54,401 bases of DNA, taken from positions 1 through 54,401 of the forward strand of contig JADHRE010000001.1 of assembly GCA_016777595.1 (NCBI GenBank). Reading direction: 5' to 3'. A program made the position numbers and the translations under genes. This document shows, piece by piece, positions 42,098 to 52,384 of the stretch. The stretch's first letter is position 1, and every line of letters starts with the position of its first letter. This DNA comes from Candidatus Pelagibacter sp. Lineage in GTDB: Bacteria > Pseudomonadota > Alphaproteobacteria > Pelagibacterales > Pelagibacteraceae. The notes under the pieces are model-generated. The model saw only the letters and a program-made list of their open reading frames with translations. It did no database searches and was not told the DNA's origin.

Positions 42098-43189
42098 TGG
42101 AAAATTTTGAAACAATATTAACTATTACTGAAAAAGCTCTTAATAATATTAGGGGGTATCTTTGATAAAGAAAAAATTGAATTTAGAGTAAAAGAGTTAG
42201 AGCAAATCTCCCTTAAAGAAAATTTTTGGAAAGATAAAAATTTAGTAAAAAAAACAGTTAAACAAAAAAAAATTTTTGAGGACATTTTAAATTCTTATAA
42301 AAAATCATTTGAAGATTTAAATAACCTCAAAGATCTTTATTTATTAGCCTCTCAAGAAAATGATTACGAAACAATTCAAGATTGCATCAAAAGAATCAAA
42401 CAAATATTAACTGAAATAAAAAAAAATGAGATAAATTGTTTTTTGTCAGGTGAAAACGATGATTACGATATTTACCTTGAGATCCATGCGGGCGCTGGTG
42501 GAACTGAAAGCCAGGATTGGGCAGATATGCTACGTAGAATGTATATGAAGTGGTTTGACAAAAAAAAATTCAATTTTGAAATTATAAGTGAGCATAAGGG
42601 AGAAGAAGCAGGAATTAAATCTTCAACAATTAAAGTTGTTGGTAATTATTTGTATGGACTTATGAAGTCAGAATCTGGAGTTCATAGACTTGTGCGTATT
42701 TCTCCCTTTGATAGTGGCGCTAGAAGGCACACTAGTTTTGCAAGTGTATGGGTATATCCTGCAATTGAAGACGACATTAATTTAAAAATTGATGAAAAAG
42801 ATCTTAGGATAGACACTTATAGATCAAGCGGAGCAGGAGGACAGCACGTCAACACTACTGATAGTGCAGTAAGAATAACTCATATCCCAACCAAAATTGT
42901 CGTACAATGTCAAAATGAGAGATCTCAACATAAAAATAAAGAAACTTGTTATAAAATGTTGCGAGCAAGATTATATGAGCACGAAATGCAAAAAAAGGAA
43001 GAGGAAAATCAAAAAGAATTAACTGCAAAAACTGATATAGGATGGGGACATCAAATTCGATCTTATATTTTACAACCATACCAGTTAGTCAAAGATTTAA
43101 GGAATAAAGTAGAGAGCACTAACCCATCCAGCGTGCTAGATGGAAATATTGACGAATTTATTGAAGCAGGGATTAAAAATAAAAAATGA
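42097..43189 (+). CDS. prfB: Peptide chain release factor 2, expressed via +1 programmed frameshift (join 42097-42162, 42164-43189)
   Basis: ORF0 MENFETILTITEKALNNIRGYL* then +1 frame DKEKIEF... in frame with the 42443 ORF; SPF and GGQ motifs. Confidence 0.96.
42151..42168 (+). promoter_or_regulatory. prfB +1 ribosomal frameshift cassette
   Basis: AGGGGG TAT CTT TGA TAA: internal SD, 3-nt spacer, slippery CTT-T, UGA. Confidence 0.93.
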
Positions 43190-45351
43190 AAAAAATAGTA
43201 ATTAATATTATTTTATTTGTATTTTTTTTATTAATTTTTTTTCTTGTTGTTCTTTCAACCGTTGGAATAGAAACCAGTAAATTCAATAAATTAATTTCAG
43301 ATAGAACTAAACAAATCAATAATATTTACTTAGAATTAAATAAAATAAAATTTAAACTTGAACCAAATTCATTAAGCTTATTTCTAGAAACTCAAAATCC
43401 AAAAATTAATTATAAAAATTTAGAAATACCTATAAAAAATGTAAAAATTTATGTTGATTTTTTACCTCTATTAAAATCGAGACTTATAATTAAAAAAGCC
43501 AATATTGATTTAGAGGAGCTTGAAATTACAAAATTAAACGAATTATCAACTTTTATAAAACCATCTAACTTTAAAAGTTTTTTAAATAATAAAATTAAAA
43601 ATGGAAAATTAATTTGTGAAATCGAAATATTTTTAGATGAAAAAGGGTCAATAAAAAATTATATAGCAAAAGGAAACATAAAAAATTTAAAAGTTGAAAC
43701 AATAAGTAATTTAAATTTAACAAATACGAGTTTAGATTTTTTTACGGATAAAGATGACATTTTGCTAAAAAAAATTAATGGTAATTTTGAAGATATTGAA
43801 ATAGTTGATGGGGATATAAAATTAAACATAGAAGATGGAATTAAATTAAATTCAAGTTTTGACTCTATAATAAAACTTAATGATAAGTTCTTAGGTAAAG
43901 ATATCAAGTTTTTAGATAAGTATAAATTTTTAAAAAATATAAAAGATTTGAAAGGAGAATTTAATAATAACTTTTCTATAAATTTTGATAATACTTACAA
44001 ATTAAAAAATTATAATTATGCTTTAAATGGAAAAATTCAGAAAAGTAAATTTGTATTAGAAGAAACTTTTCAAAGTAAATACATTGTTGAGAAAATAAAC
44101 GAAATTTATTTATCAGATTTACAAGTGCAAGCGAATTTGAATCCAAAAAAAATTGAGATTAAAGGTGATGGAAAATACTCAATTGATAATAAAAACTTTT
44201 TAAAAATAAATTTAGAAAATAATTTTAAAAATGATTTATTTAATCTTAAGCTAAATCTAGATTATAAGTATAGTTTTTTGTTGGATGTTATAAACTACAA
44301 AAAAAAAAAAAATTCTGCCTCTAGCTTGTTTTTAGACTTAGAAAAAAAAGATAATGAAATTTTAATTAAAAAAGTGAAATTTAATGAACAAAAAAATCTA
44401 ATTGAAATTGAAGATTTGAAATTTAAAAAAAAAAAATTTTTTTCATTTAAAAAAATAAATGTCGTGACTGAAAACAATAATTTTTCAATTATCAGAGACA
44501 AAAAAATTTTAATTATAGGAACTAAATTTGATGCAACTAACTTACCAAAATTTTTTAAAAGCAATGACTCAAGTAATAATTTTCAAAACGTAAATACTAA
44601 TATTGAGATTGATTTTAAAAATATTCTAGTACCAACGTCTGAAAAACTGCAAAATTTTAAACTTTTTGGTGAAATTAAAAATGGAAAATTTACAAAAATC
44701 TCTTCAAAAGGAGATTTTGGAGAGGACAATTATTTAGATATAACAATGAAAAAAGATATAAATAGTGAGAAAAAATATTTAGAAATTTATTCAGATTTAA
44801 CAAAACCACTTTTATCTGAGTTTAGTTTTTTTAAAGGTCTTTCAGGAGGCAAATTATTTTTTTCATCAGTTATTAATAGTGCCAATTCAAATTCAAAGCT
44901 AAAAATTGAAAACTTTAAATTAATTAATGCTCCAGGAGTAATAAAATTATTATCTCTTGCTGACCTTGGCGGTTTAGCAGACCTAGCTGAAGGAGAAGGG
45001 TTATCATTTGATACATTAGAAATTAATATGGAAAAAAGTAAAAATTTTATAAAATTTAATGAAATATTAGCTTTAGGCCCTAGCATCTCGGTTTTAATGG
45101 ACGGCTATCAAGATTTAAATGGAATGACCAGTTTAAGAGGAACTTTGGTGCCTGCTAAAACATTAAATAAGATGCTATCCAAAATTCCCCTAATTGGAAA
45201 TATCATAATACCAAAAGATATCGGTGAGGGTTTATTTGGTATAAGCTTTAAAATGAAAGGCCCAGAGGGTAAAATAAAAACTTCAATAAATCCAATTAGG
45301 ACGCTAACGCCAAGATTTATACAAAAAATTATTGAAAAAAAAACTAAATAA
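43186..45351 (+). CDS. AsmA-like / YhdP-type envelope protein
   Basis: N-terminal TM anchor, long beta-rich body, C-terminal GEGLSFD...GTLVPA..LN...KIPLIG....GEGLFG..F...G......NP...LTP. Confidence 0.75.
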   Translation: MKKIVINIILFVFFLLIFFLVVLSTVGIETSKFNKLISDRTKQINNIYLELNKIKFKLEPNSLSLFLETQNPKINYKNLEIPIKNVKIYVDFLPLLKSRLIIKKANIDLEELEITKLNELSTFIKPSNFKSFLNNKIKNGKLICEIEIFLDEKGSIKNYIAKGNIKNLKVETISNLNLTNTSLDFFTDKDDILLKKINGNFEDIEIVDGDIKLNIEDGIKLNSSFDSIIKLNDKFLGKDIKFLDKYKFLKNIKDLKGEFNNNFSINFDNTYKLKNYNYALNGKIQKSKFVLEETFQSKYIVEKINEIYLSDLQVQANLNPKKIEIKGDGKYSIDNKNFLKINLENNFKNDLFNLKLNLDYKYSFLLDVINYKKKKNSASSLFLDLEKKDNEILIKKVKFNEQKNLIEIEDLKFKKKKFFSFKKINVVTENNNFSIIRDKKILIIGTKFDATNLPKFFKSNDSSNNFQNVNTNIEIDFKNILVPTSEKLQNFKLFGEIKNGKFTKISSKGDFGEDNYLDITMKKDINSEKKYLEIYSDLTKPLLSEFSFFKGLSGGKLFFSSVINSANSNSKLKIENFKLINAPGVIKLLSLADLGGLADLAEGEGLSFDTLEINMEKSKNFIKFNEILALGPSISVLMDGYQDLNGMTSLRGTLVPAKTLNKMLSKIPLIGNIIIPKDIGEGLFGISFKMKGPEGKIKTSINPIRTLTPRFIQKIIEKKTK

Positions 45352-46582
45352 TTTTTATAATGTAATGTTTTTTTTTTCCTAATGAGAGTTTTAGAGAATT
45401 TTTTTTGAAATCGTTTAAATAAAAAATTTTTCTTTCATCTTCAATTACAATGTTATTAATTTTTAAACCTTTATTTGCTATCACCCGACGTGCCTCACTT
45501 TTTGAAGATAAAATGTTATTACTTGCAATTAAGTCTAAAATACTTATTCCTTTTTTTATTGTATCTGAGTTGACCATTATTTCAGGCAATTCTGATCCAA
45601 AGCCACCTCCCTCGAAAGTAACTTTTGCAGTTTGTTCAGCTTTCTTTGCCACAGACTCTCCATGAAGTATTTTAGTTGCTTCGTTGGCCAATAAAATTTT
45701 TAAATTATTAATATTTTTTTCATTTTTTAAAATTCTATCAACTTCTATTGGATCAATTTCGGTAAAAAAATTTAAAAATCTTTTCACATCTCTATCATCT
45801 GTGTTTCTCCAAAATTGCCAATAATCATAGGGAGATAACAAATCTTCATTTAACCAAATCGCCCCTTTTTCAGTTTTTCCCATTTTAGCACCAGAAGCGA
45901 GTGTAATTAACGGAGAAGTAAGACCGTATACATCTTTTTGTAATTTTCTTCTGATTAAATCTACTCCATTTACAATATTACCCCATTGATCTGATCCGCC
46001 CACTTGTAGTATGCAGTCTTTACTTTTAAATAATTCATAAAAGTCATATGCCTGCAAAATCATATAATTGAATTCCATGTAACTTAGAGATTGTTCTCTA
46101 TCCAATCTCATTTTAACGCTGTCAAAAGCAAGCATCTTATTAATTGTAAAGTTGCTACCTATATCTCTAAGAAATTGAATATAATTAAGTTTAGTCAACC
46201 AATCGGCATTATTTACAAATATTGGAGCGACTTTTTCATTTGATATATTTAAAACTTTATTGAAAACTTTTTTTATACTTTTAATATTATTATTAATTTC
46301 TTCTTGTTCTAAAATTCTTCTTGTTGAGTCTTTCCCAGATGGATCGCCAATTAATGTTGTGCCTCCACCCAAAAGGACTATTGGCTTATGGCCATGTTTT
46401 TGCATTAATCTTAAAATCATAATTTGCAACAAACTGCCAACATGTAAACTGCTTGCTGTACAATCGAACCCGATGTATCCAGAAATTGTTCTTTTATTAC
46501 AGATTTCCTCTAATTTATCAAAATCAGTACATTGATTAAGATATCCACGAGATTTCATCTCTAATAAAAATTTATTTTTCAT
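45344..46582 (-). CDS. tyrS: Tyrosine--tRNA ligase
   Basis: YIGFDCTA.SLHVG, GDPSGK, GGSDQWGN, KMGKT, C-terminal S4 domain. Confidence 0.97.
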   Translation of the reverse strand: MKNKFLLEMKSRGYLNQCTDFDKLEEICNKRTISGYIGFDCTASSLHVGSLLQIMILRLMQKHGHKPIVLLGGGTTLIGDPSGKDSTRRILEQEEINNNIKSIKKVFNKVLNISNEKVAPIFVNNADWLTKLNYIQFLRDIGSNFTINKMLAFDSVKMRLDREQSLSYMEFNYMILQAYDFYELFKSKDCILQVGGSDQWGNIVNGVDLIRRKLQKDVYGLTSPLITLASGAKMGKTEKGAIWLNEDLLSPYDYWQFWRNTDDRDVKRFLNFFTEIDPIEVDRILKNEKNINNLKILLANEATKILHGESVAKKAEQTAKVTFEGGGFGSELPEIMVNSDTIKKGISILDLIASNNILSSKSEARRVIANKGLKINNIVIEDERKIFYLNDFKKNSLKLSLGKKKHYIIKII

Positions 46583-46637
46583 AGTACAAATTGTCAAAAA
46601 TACTATTATACAAAAATTAATATAAATAAATATAATT

Positions 46638-47759
46638 ATGATTAAAGACTACATATCTCTAGGTTTGATGAGCGGCACTTCTGGAGATGGCGTTGATGCA
46701 TCAATAATACAATCAAATGGAGAGACTAAATATAATCTTATAAAAAACAAGTATTTTGAATATGATAGCAGTATTTACCAAAAAATTCATAATTTAAAAG
46801 AAAAGATACATAATGCCAATGATCTTAAAGTTTTAAAAAAAGACTTAAAGGAACTAGAGAGAAAAATTACCTTATTTCACGCAAAAGTGGTTAAAGAAAC
46901 TACAGAAAATACACAAGTAGATTTAATAGGTTTTCACGGTCAAACTATTTACCACAACTCAAAAGAAAAGATCTCTAGTCAACTTGGCGATGGAAAATTA
47001 TTATCACAACTAACGAAAAAAAAAATTATTTATAATTTTAGAAAAAATGATACTTTAAATGGTGGAGAAGGCGCACCTCTAACACCAATATTTCATCAAC
47101 TAATTGCAACTCAGCTTGAATTAAATTTACCAACGTGTATTTTAAATATTGGGGGAATATCCAATGTAACTATTGTAGATGAACCAGTAGGAACGTATGG
47201 ATTTAGAAGTAGAGACATTGGGCCAGGCAACTGCTTGATTGACTCATGGGTAAGAAAAAACTCTAAATATAAATTTGACCGAGATGGACTTTTAGCCTCT
47301 TCAGGAAGAACAAACAAGATTATTTATGAACAGGCTCAAGAATTATTTGCTAATAGCGCAAATCAAAATAAATTATCTTTTGATACAAATGACTTTGATG
47401 TTTCTTTCGCAAGAGGTCTCTCTCTTGAAGATGGAGCTGCAACCCTAACAGATTTCACAGCAAGAGTTATAGGAACGACATTATTTTCGCTTTTATCAGT
47501 GGAAAAAAATAAAACCTGGCAAGTGATTTTATGTGGAGGTGGTAGAAAAAATAAATTACTTATTGAAAAAATAAAGAATAATACTTTAAAAAATATTTTT
47601 TTAAAGTCTATAGATGATTTTGGATTGGATGGTGATTTTATTGAGTCTCAGGCTTTTGCTTTTTTGGCGATTAGATCGTTATTAAAAATTCCTATAACTT
47701 TTCCATCCACGACAGGATGTATTAAACCTTCTTTAGGAGGAGAACTTATAAAAAATTAA
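46638..47759 (+). CDS. anmK: Anhydro-N-acetylmuramic acid kinase
   Basis: GLMSGTS.DGVD, GFHGQT, GGEGAPL, NIGGISN, GPGN, CGGG..N, E..AFA.LA. Confidence 0.95.
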   Translation: MIKDYISLGLMSGTSGDGVDASIIQSNGETKYNLIKNKYFEYDSSIYQKIHNLKEKIHNANDLKVLKKDLKELERKITLFHAKVVKETTENTQVDLIGFHGQTIYHNSKEKISSQLGDGKLLSQLTKKKIIYNFRKNDTLNGGEGAPLTPIFHQLIATQLELNLPTCILNIGGISNVTIVDEPVGTYGFRSRDIGPGNCLIDSWVRKNSKYKFDRDGLLASSGRTNKIIYEQAQELFANSANQNKLSFDTNDFDVSFARGLSLEDGAATLTDFTARVIGTTLFSLLSVEKNKTWQVILCGGGRKNKLLIEKIKNNTLKNIFLKSIDDFGLDGDFIESQAFAFLAIRSLLKIPITFPSTTGCIKPSLGGELIKN

Positions 47760-48412
47760 ATTAAAGCTGTTTTCTCTTTAAGATATTTTTCGATTTCTAG
47801 TGACAATTCTTTTTCTTTATTTTTAAAAAAATGATTGGAGTTTTTTATTTTTGAAAAAATAACCTCTACGCCTTTTTGATTTTTTATTCTATTATCTAAC
47901 TCATCGATACTTTCTTTTGTTACGAGTTCATCATTCTCACTATAGACCACTTGTCCTGATGTAGGGCAAGGAGCTAAAAAAGAAAAATCGTACACATTAG
48001 GCTGAGGCGATACAGCGATAAAATTATTAACTTCAGGCCTTCTCATAATTAACTGCATGCAGATTAACGAACCAAAAGAAAACCCTGAAACCCAACATTG
48101 GCTATAATCTAAATTTTGCCTCTCGATCCAATCTAATGCCGCAGCTGCATCGGACAGCTCTCCTTGCCCGTTATCAAAAACTCCATCACTTTTTCCCACC
48201 CCTCTGAAATTTAGTTTGATGACTGAAAAACCATTTTCTAGAAAAATATTATACAATAATTGTACTATTCTATTATTCATAGTACCTCCATATTGAGGGT
48301 GAGGGTGTAACACGATTGCTACTGGTGATCCAAATTTGGGATTTTTATAGTATTTTGCCTCTAGTCTTCCTGCGGGTCCAGGTATAAATATTTCTAAACT
48401 TTTAGTTTTCAT
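47756..48412 (-). CDS. Alpha/beta hydrolase
   Basis: GPAGRLEA, LHPHP.YGGTMNN, NFRGVG.S, GFSFG nucleophile, NHFF; divergent from the Rrf2-suf operon as is usual in alphaproteobacteria. Confidence 0.9.
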   Translation of the reverse strand: MKTKSLEIFIPGPAGRLEAKYYKNPKFGSPVAIVLHPHPQYGGTMNNRIVQLLYNIFLENGFSVIKLNFRGVGKSDGVFDNGQGELSDAAAALDWIERQNLDYSQCWVSGFSFGSLICMQLIMRRPEVNNFIAVSPQPNVYDFSFLAPCPTSGQVVYSENDELVTKESIDELDNRIKNQKGVEVIFSKIKNSNHFFKNKEKELSLEIEKYLKEKTALI

Positions 48413-48487
48413 AATTGATAATGATTATTATTTTTAAAAAAAAGTATTGTTTTATAACATGTTTTTATGCGGCAAATAATTTTTTTT

Positions 48488-48512
48488 AATTCATACTAAA
48501 TTAGTAGGAATT
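48488..48512. promoter_or_regulatory. IscR/Rrf2-type operator palindrome
   Basis: AATTCATACTAA-A-TTAGTAGGAATT: arms 11/12 complementary; core ACTAAATTAGT fits the IscR type-1 core ACTRWWWYAGT. Confidence 0.65.
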
Positions 48513-48544
48513 TGAATATAAATGCTATATTACAACAATTATCT

Positions 48545-48970
48545 ATGAAATTAACCACTAAAGGAAGATACGCAGTTATGGCGATGGCTGACTTAGCTTT
48601 ATTTAAAGACAAAGGTCCAGTTAGTCTGACTGATATTTCGATCAGGCAAAATATTTCACTTCCTTACTTAGAGCAAATATTCATTAAACTTAAAAACAAT
48701 AAACTTGTTAAAAGTGTAAGGGGGGCAAAAGGGGGGTATTTGTTAGAATTTCAACCCGAAGAAATCAAAATATCAAATATAATTTCAGCAGTTGATGAAG
48801 AGGTAAAAACACTTAATTGCAAAAAGGAGTCAAAAAAAGGGTGTAATAATAAGTACTCGAAATGTATTACTCATAATTTATGGGATCAACTTGATCAACA
48901 TATAAATAATTTTTTTGAAAAAGTTAAACTACAAGATTTAATTAAAAAAAACCAAGTTTTATTTAAATGA
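48545..48970 (+). CDS. iscR: Rrf2-family Fe-S cluster regulator (IscR-like)
   Basis: [31 protein letters not shown]; three Cys plus His ([19 protein letters not shown]). Confidence 0.85.
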   Translation: MKLTTKGRYAVMAMADLALFKDKGPVSLTDISIRQNISLPYLEQIFIKLKNNKLVKSVRGAKGGYLLEFQPEEIKISNIISAVDEEVKTLNCKKESKKGCNNKYSKCITHNLWDQLDQHINNFFEKVKLQDLIKKNQVLFK

Positions 48971-50403
48971 AAACAGAAGATCTAAAAAATACTCAGGATT
49001 ACAAGTATGGTTTTACAACTAATATTGAAAACATTAGAGCTCCAAAAGGACTTAATGAAGAAACAATAAAATTTATTTCAAATATTAAAAAAGAACCTGA
49101 ATGGATGTTAGATTGGAGATTAAAGGCTTTTAAAAGACTACAAGTATTAAAAGAACCTAATTGGCAAAAGCCAAAGTACCCAAATATAAATTATCAAGAC
49201 CTATACTATTATTCTGCACCTAAAAGTACCTCTGAAAAACCTAAAAGTTTAGAAGAAATTGATCCTAAAATTTTAGAAACTTATAAAAAGCTTGGAATAC
49301 CATTAGTTGAACAAAAAAGATTAAATGGGATAGCTGTCGATGCTGTATTTGACTCAGTGTCAGTTGCCACAACTTTTAAGGATGAGTTAACAAAACAAGG
49401 AATAATATTTTGTTCAATATCAGAAGCGATACAGAAACACCCAGAGCTTGTAAAAAAATATCTTGGTTCTGTAATACCGTTGAGTGACCATTATTTTGCT
49501 ACTTTAAATTCAGCAGTTTTCACCGATGGATCATTTGTTTATATTCCTCCGAACACCAAGTGTCCTATGGAACTCTCGACTTATTTTAGAATTAATGCGT
49601 CAGAAACTGGTCAGTTCGAGAGAACTTTAATTATAGCTGACAAAGGAAGTTATGTAAGTTATTTAGAAGGATGCACGGCTCCAATGAGAGATGAAAATCA
49701 ACTTCATGCTGCAAATGTAGAGTTAATAGCTTTAGATGATGCAGAAATAAAATATTCGACAGTGCAAAATTGGTATCCAGGTGATGAAAAGGGTGTAGGA
49801 GGTATATATAATTTTGTTACTAAAAGAGGTGCTTGCAGAGGAAAAAACTCTAAAATTTCATGGACACAAGTCGAAACAGGTTCTGCTATTACCTGGAAAT
49901 ACCCAAGTTGCATTTTACAAGGTGATAATTCAGTTGGTGAATTCTATTCTATAGCAATAACAAACAACTTTCAAAAAGCAGATACGGGAACTAAGATGAT
50001 ACATCTAGGAAAAAATACTAAAAGTAAAATAATCTCAAAAGGAATATCCGCAGGTAACGCAGACAATATGTACAGAGGTCTTGTTGACATTAAAAATAAA
50101 GCAATTAATTCAAGAAACTATACTCAATGCGACTCGTTATTGATGGGTAATAAATGTGGAGCGCACACTATTCCCTATATAAAGAACAACAATTCAACTT
50201 CAATAATTGAACATGAAGCAACAACTACAAAAATAAATGAGGAACAACTTTATTATTGTAATCAAAGGGGATTAGATCAAGAAGAAGCTGTAAGCCTTAT
50301 AGTTAATGGATTTTGCAAAGAAGTTCTTCAACAACTCCCTATGGAGTTTGCTGTTGAAGCTCAAAAACTTGTAGCGATTAGCTTAGAAGGAAGCGTTGGT
50401 TAA
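48967..50403 (+). CDS. sufB: Fe-S cluster assembly scaffold SufB
   Basis: [49 protein letters not shown]. Confidence 0.98.
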   Translation: MKTEDLKNTQDYKYGFTTNIENIRAPKGLNEETIKFISNIKKEPEWMLDWRLKAFKRLQVLKEPNWQKPKYPNINYQDLYYYSAPKSTSEKPKSLEEIDPKILETYKKLGIPLVEQKRLNGIAVDAVFDSVSVATTFKDELTKQGIIFCSISEAIQKHPELVKKYLGSVIPLSDHYFATLNSAVFTDGSFVYIPPNTKCPMELSTYFRINASETGQFERTLIIADKGSYVSYLEGCTAPMRDENQLHAANVELIALDDAEIKYSTVQNWYPGDEKGVGGIYNFVTKRGACRGKNSKISWTQVETGSAITWKYPSCILQGDNSVGEFYSIAITNNFQKADTGTKMIHLGKNTKSKIISKGISAGNADNMYRGLVDIKNKAINSRNYTQCDSLLMGNKCGAHTIPYIKNNNSTSIIEHEATTTKINEEQLYYCNQRGLDQEEAVSLIVNGFCKEVLQQLPMEFAVEAQKLVAISLEGSVG

Positions 50404-50404
50404 C

Positions 50405-51139
50405 ATGTTAAATATCAAAAATTTAGAGACCATTATTGACAATAAGCACATTTTAAAAGGCTTAAATCTAAATATAAAACCAGGAGAAGTTCATGCGATT
50501 ATGGGCCCTAATGGTTCAGGAAAAAGTACATTAGCAAATGTTTTATCAGGCAAGAATGGTTATATAACTAAAGGAGATATTCAATTTAATGGAGAAAGAC
50601 TTAATGATATTTCTACAGAGGAAAGAGCTCAGAAAGGAATATTTTTAGCTTTTCAATATCCTTTGGAAATACCAGGAGTAAATACAAATATATTTTTAAA
50701 AACTTCTTTAAACGCAGTTAGAAAAGCAAAGGGTGAAAAAGAACTGGATACCTTGACTTTTTTAAAATTAATAAAAGAAAAAGCTTCAGAACTTGGAATT
50801 GATGAAAAATTTTTATCTCGTCAATTTAACGTAGGTTTTTCAGGAGGAGAAAAAAAAAAAAACGAGATACTACAAATGAAATTACTAGAACCTACACTTT
50901 CAATTTTAGATGAGACAGACTCAGGATTAGATATAGACGCTTTAAAAATAGTAGCCGATGGAGTGAATTCATATAAGAATAAAGATAATGCTTTCTTGAT
51001 AATCACTCATTATCAAAGACTTTTAGATTATATAAAGCCAGATTTTATACATGTTTTATCAAATGGAAAAATTGTCAAAACTGGTGATGCAAATCTAGGA
51101 CTCCAGCTAGAGAAAACAGGTTATACAAGTTTAAGTTAA
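50405..51139 (+). CDS. sufC: Fe-S cluster assembly ATPase SufC
   Basis: [48 protein letters not shown]. Confidence 0.97.
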   Translation: MLNIKNLETIIDNKHILKGLNLNIKPGEVHAIMGPNGSGKSTLANVLSGKNGYITKGDIQFNGERLNDISTEERAQKGIFLAFQYPLEIPGVNTNIFLKTSLNAVRKAKGEKELDTLTFLKLIKEKASELGIDEKFLSRQFNVGFSGGEKKKNEILQMKLLEPTLSILDETDSGLDIDALKIVADGVNSYKNKDNAFLIITHYQRLLDYIKPDFIHVLSNGKIVKTGDANLGLQLEKTGYTSLS

Positions 51140-52384
51140 ATGCAGCAGTTTTACGATTTCAAAATAAATAAAATTAAAAATCTTTCTTCAGAAGAAAAAA
51201 TATTAAGAAAAAAAAATCTTGAACTTTTTTATCTTAATGGTTTTCCTAGCAAAAAAGATGAAGACTGGAAATTTACAGATTTAAATTTTATATTAGGTCA
51301 AAACTTTACCAATATTGTTAACACAGAATTAATACCAGATGAAAAACCATTCAATCCTATTAATGAATTTGAGCATAATTTTATTTATTTAGTAAATGGA
51401 AAACTTATATCTAAAAATTTTGATCATGAAGAAAAAGATAAAATTTTAATTAGTAATTTTGATTATAAAAATGAAATAATTTTATATAGAGAAAATACGT
51501 TAAATTTTTTAAATAACGCTTTAGCTAAAGACGGTTTTTCACTAGAAATTTCTAAAAACTATAAATTTAAAAAGCCTTTAGTTATTTACAATTATTTTTC
51601 TAATTCTTTGAAAGAGACTATAGTCAATAATAAAAATTTAATAATTTTAAATGAAAATTCAGAATTAACTTTAATTAATTTTGTAGACAATAATTCTAAA
51701 GAAAATTTTATAATTAATACTATCGATGATATAAAATTAAAAAAGAATTCATCTTTGAAAAGTATTTTTATAAACAATTCAAAAAACAATGCTTATTTTT
51801 ATAAATATTTAAAAAACGACTTAGAAAAAAATTCTAATTTAGAAAATTATATTCTTTCATCAGGCTTGAAACTCAACAAATTTGATATCGAAGTTAATCA
51901 CAACGCAGAGTATTCCAGCAGTAATATTTTTTCAGCTTTAAATCTATCAAATTATGAGCATCAAGAAATTAAAACGCTCATAAATCACAACACTCCAAAC
52001 TGTCAAAGTTATCAAAAAATAAAAAATGTTTTAAACAATGAAAGTAAAGGCGTTTTTCAGGGAAAAATCTTTGTAAAAAATATAGCTCAGAAAACTGATG
52101 CATATCAATTAAGTAGAGCTTTAATTTTAGATGATAAAGCTGAATTTAATGCAAAACCAGAATTAGAGATTTATGCTGATGATGTTAAATGTTCTCATGG
52201 ATCAACATCGGGAAGCATTGATTTAGAATCCATTCACTACTTGAAATCTAGAGGTATTCCAGAAAAAGAAGCGTATCAAATGCTGATTAATGGTTTTTTA
52301 TGTGAAGTTCTTGAAAAATTGAACGAAAACAATTTGAAAAAATTTTTATTAAAAAAATTAGAGAGTCAAATTCATGGATATTAA
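51140..52384 (+). CDS. sufD: Fe-S cluster assembly protein SufD
   Basis: P..K.EDWKFTD, VFQGKI.V...AQKTD, KPELEIYADDVKCSHG. Confidence 0.93.
   Translation: MQQFYDFKINKIKNLSSEEKILRKKNLELFYLNGFPSKKDEDWKFTDLNFILGQNFTNIVNTELIPDEKPFNPINEFEHNFIYLVNGKLISKNFDHEEKDKILISNFDYKNEIILYRENTLNFLNNALAKDGFSLEISKNYKFKKPLVIYNYFSNSLKETIVNNKNLIILNENSELTLINFVDNNSKENFIINTIDDIKLKKNSSLKSIFINNSKNNAYFYKYLKNDLEKNSNLENYILSSGLKLNKFDIEVNHNAEYSSSNIFSALNLSNYEHQEIKTLINHNTPNCQSYQKIKNVLNNESKGVFQGKIFVKNIAQKTDAYQLSRALILDDKAEFNAKPELEIYADDVKCSHGSTSGSIDLESIHYLKSRGIPEKEAYQMLINGFLCEVLEKLNENNLKKFLLKKLESQIHGY

Noticed and set aside
42443-43189. Apparent N-terminally truncated RF2 or pseudogene
   Set aside because: Explained by the programmed +1 frameshift at 42160-42165.
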